This document shows positions 19,537 through 21,593 of a stretch of DNA of 21,593 nt, piece by piece. The position numbers and the translations under genes are program-made. Position 1 is the first letter of the stretch; every line of letters begins with the position of its first letter. The stretch is from Octopus sinensis (Eukaryota), in NCBI RefSeq assembly GCF_006345805.1, contig NW_021823675.1, positions 1-21,593 on the forward strand. Direction: 5' to 3'. The notes under the pieces were generated by a model, which saw only the letters and a list, made by a program, of their open reading frames with translations, had not been told where the DNA came from and made no database searches.

Positions 19537-19980
19537 CAGTAGTTTTATTTTTATAGCGTGCTTTCACTTCACTACCGATCGCATCTCTGTGTGCCTTGGG
19601 TATGTGCTGTGATTTGCTGTGATGCTCTGATGGTTATTGTATGGAAAGTGTTCTGCGTAGGATGTGTGCAGGGCCTAGTAGTGCAATTTTCTGTATGTTA
19701 TATGTGTTTGTAAGTCCTGGTGTTTTTGTTATGTATTTGTCTGAATATTTTTTTAATAATGCCTAATGCACCTACTATGATAGGAATTGTTTCTGTTTTT
19801 AGATTCCACATTCTGGTTACCTCTATTTCCAGGTCTTTGTATTTTGAGAGTTTCTCCATTTCTTTTAGAGACACGTTGTCATCTGCCGGTATTGATACAT
19901 CAATTTGAAGGCATTTTTTTCTTCCAATCAGTTAAGATCAGAAGCCACGAGAGCCACCGTCTGGTACTGCATCTGGGAAT
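19537..19980 (-). mobile_element. Chimeric insertion: 60-nt head of the 426-975 element fused to a Dong subfamily B 3' end
   Basis: 19921-19980 matches 916-975. 19537-19920 encodes KKCLQIDVSIPADDNVSLKEMEKLSKYKDL... plus the same 3'UTR as 1762-2089. (AAT)n on both sides. Confidence 0.88.
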
Positions 19981-19982
19981 TT

Positions 19983-19984
19983 AC

Positions 19985-20032
<48 letters not shown>

Positions 20033-20066
20033 TACTACTACTACTACTATTATTATTATTATTATT

Positions 20067-20146
<80 letters not shown>

Positions 20147-20170
20147 CATCATCATCATCATCATCATCAT
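19983..20170. repeat. Compound microsatellite (ATT)-(ACT)-(ATT)-(GTT)-(ATT)-(ATC)
   Basis: Direct reading. Confidence 0.98.
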
Positions 20171-20574
20171 TAGTTTATTTAAATTCTTTCGTCTCACATA
20201 CTATGATCTTCTCAGCGACTCTCTGCTCCACCTATTTCTTCTTCTCCCGCTTATTTCATATTAAAAATAACGTCTACTTATCTACTGTTTGTCAAGAGCA
20301 TTGTTTATCAAATAATTTATACTCGGAACAATTGTATATTTTCCCCTGGTTAAAACGGAATTTCCCACTTGGTGCAGCTCCTTGATTTAGTAATTGTTTG
20401 CAAGTGCTGTGGTACTTGTGAAGCTTACTTTCAACGACACAAATGTTTCATTTTCACAATGGCAAGTTTATATCTGCATGAAAAATTCGGGCAAAATGGA
20501 GTAGACGGAATGGATAGGGCAGGTCGGGGGAGTGAGCTCCGTATGGGCGAGAGGAGAAAAAAAGACAAATTAAT

Positions 20575-20576
20575 AT

Positions 20577-20643
<67 letters not shown>

Positions 20644-20650
20644 ATATTAT

Positions 20651-20683
<33 letters not shown>

Positions 20684-20773
20684 TGTTATATTTCGGAATG
20701 GTCATATTGCCAGTTTAGTCAAATATTTAAACGTATATATATATATATATATATATGTATGGATGGATGGAAG

Positions 20774-20813
<40 letters not shown>
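20575..20813. repeat. Interrupted (TA)n tracts
   Basis: Direct reading. Confidence 0.92.
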
Positions 20814-20816
<3 letters not shown>

Positions 20817-21115
20817 CGTGACTGACCAGGCTATCAGATGTTGCTACACATCACTGGTCATAATGCGCTTCGCATTGTTTTAGCCTTCAAATGACGCCAC
20901 CCCGCTGGCTAGGCGAGCAGGCCAACAGAAGAAAGAGTGAGAGAAAGTTGTAGCGAAAGAGTACAGCAGGGACCGCCACCACCCCCTGCCGGAGCCACAT
21001 GGAGCTTTAGGTGTTTTCGCTCAATAAACACTCACAATGCCCGGTCTGGGAAACGAAGCCGCGATCCTACGACCGCGAGTCCGCTACCCTAACCATTGGG
21101 CCATTGCGCCTCCAC
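20814..21115 (-). mobile_element. tRNA-derived SINE family 3, full length, embedded in (TA)n
   Basis: Minus strand: GGCGCAATGGCCCAATGGTTAGGG (box A) ... GGCTTCGTTTCCC (box B-like), then the body and a tail ending cacggtga(TA)n. Confidence 0.88.
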
Positions 21116-21166
21116 ATATATATATATATATATAATATATATAATATATATATATATTATATATAA

Positions 21167-21204
<38 letters not shown>

Positions 21205-21399
21205 ACTGTTGGGGGCAACCAAATCGAACCATCTCCAGTGTAACTGCCCGAGATGTCGTGACTTCTGGGACCTGACTGAGGAAAGAAAGCCACGAATGGT
21301 TCGTCCATTTTTTTGCCTGTCCTCATCGTTATTTCTCCTGTCCGCCTTTCTATCGTCTATCTGTCCGAATCTTTTATTGTCCTCTATTGCGTTTTTGTT

Positions 21400-21410
21400 C
21401 CATATATATA

Positions 21411-21449
<39 letters not shown>

Positions 21450-21593
21450 TGTGGTGTGTGTGTGTGTATGTGTGTGCGTCTATCAATTATCTATAGACCG
21501 TTCTATCTGTTTACCTATCTAATTATTTTTCTCATTATCTCTCTCTGTTTCTCTGTTTCTCTCTTTCTTTCTTTCTCTCTCTCTCTCTTTCTC
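21400..21593. repeat. (TG)n, (TCTA)-like and (CT)n simple repeats
   Basis: Direct reading. Confidence 0.9.

Noticed and set aside
21040-21115. tRNA gene
   Set aside because: A/B boxes are present but there is no full cloverleaf, and it continues into a SINE body.
21262-21310. Hammerhead at CTGAGGA...GAATGGTTCGTCC
   Set aside because: No stem II pairing, GAAA is not intact, and there is no stem I complement.
60-21522. Numerous ORF-track entries rich in poly-Y/I/L/CV/TH
   Set aside because: They are translations of microsatellites, often with GTG/TTG starts, and give no evidence of real proteins.

Overview
Eukaryotic, AT-rich, repeat-dense non-coding DNA. The SINE families and the (TA)n/(ATT)n/(CA)n load look like coleoid cephalopod (Octopus-type) genome; this is recognition from memory, not a database result. 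No intact host gene is supported, and most ORF-track entries are microsatellite read-through. Contents: a full-length but disabled R4/Dong-clade LINE (RT plus restriction-like endonuclease, 14586-18716, minus strand); 3' fragments of three other Dong subfamilies; a Dong-type non-autonomous element; a decayed DD34D mariner; three tRNA-head SINE families; and old local duplications. The main finding is 6465-9143, a (TA)n-embedded cluster of tail-out palindromes and a ~564-bp tandem repeat. Each repeat unit carries a complete type I hammerhead ribozyme fold (TTTGAG-CTGACGA...GAAACGTTGACGTA^CTCAAA), so the array is Penelope-pLTR/retrozyme-like. The sense array starts at an inversion junction within 1 nt of the predicted self-cleavage site, a genomic footprint suggesting that ribozyme cleavage defined the end of the reverse-transcribed RNA.
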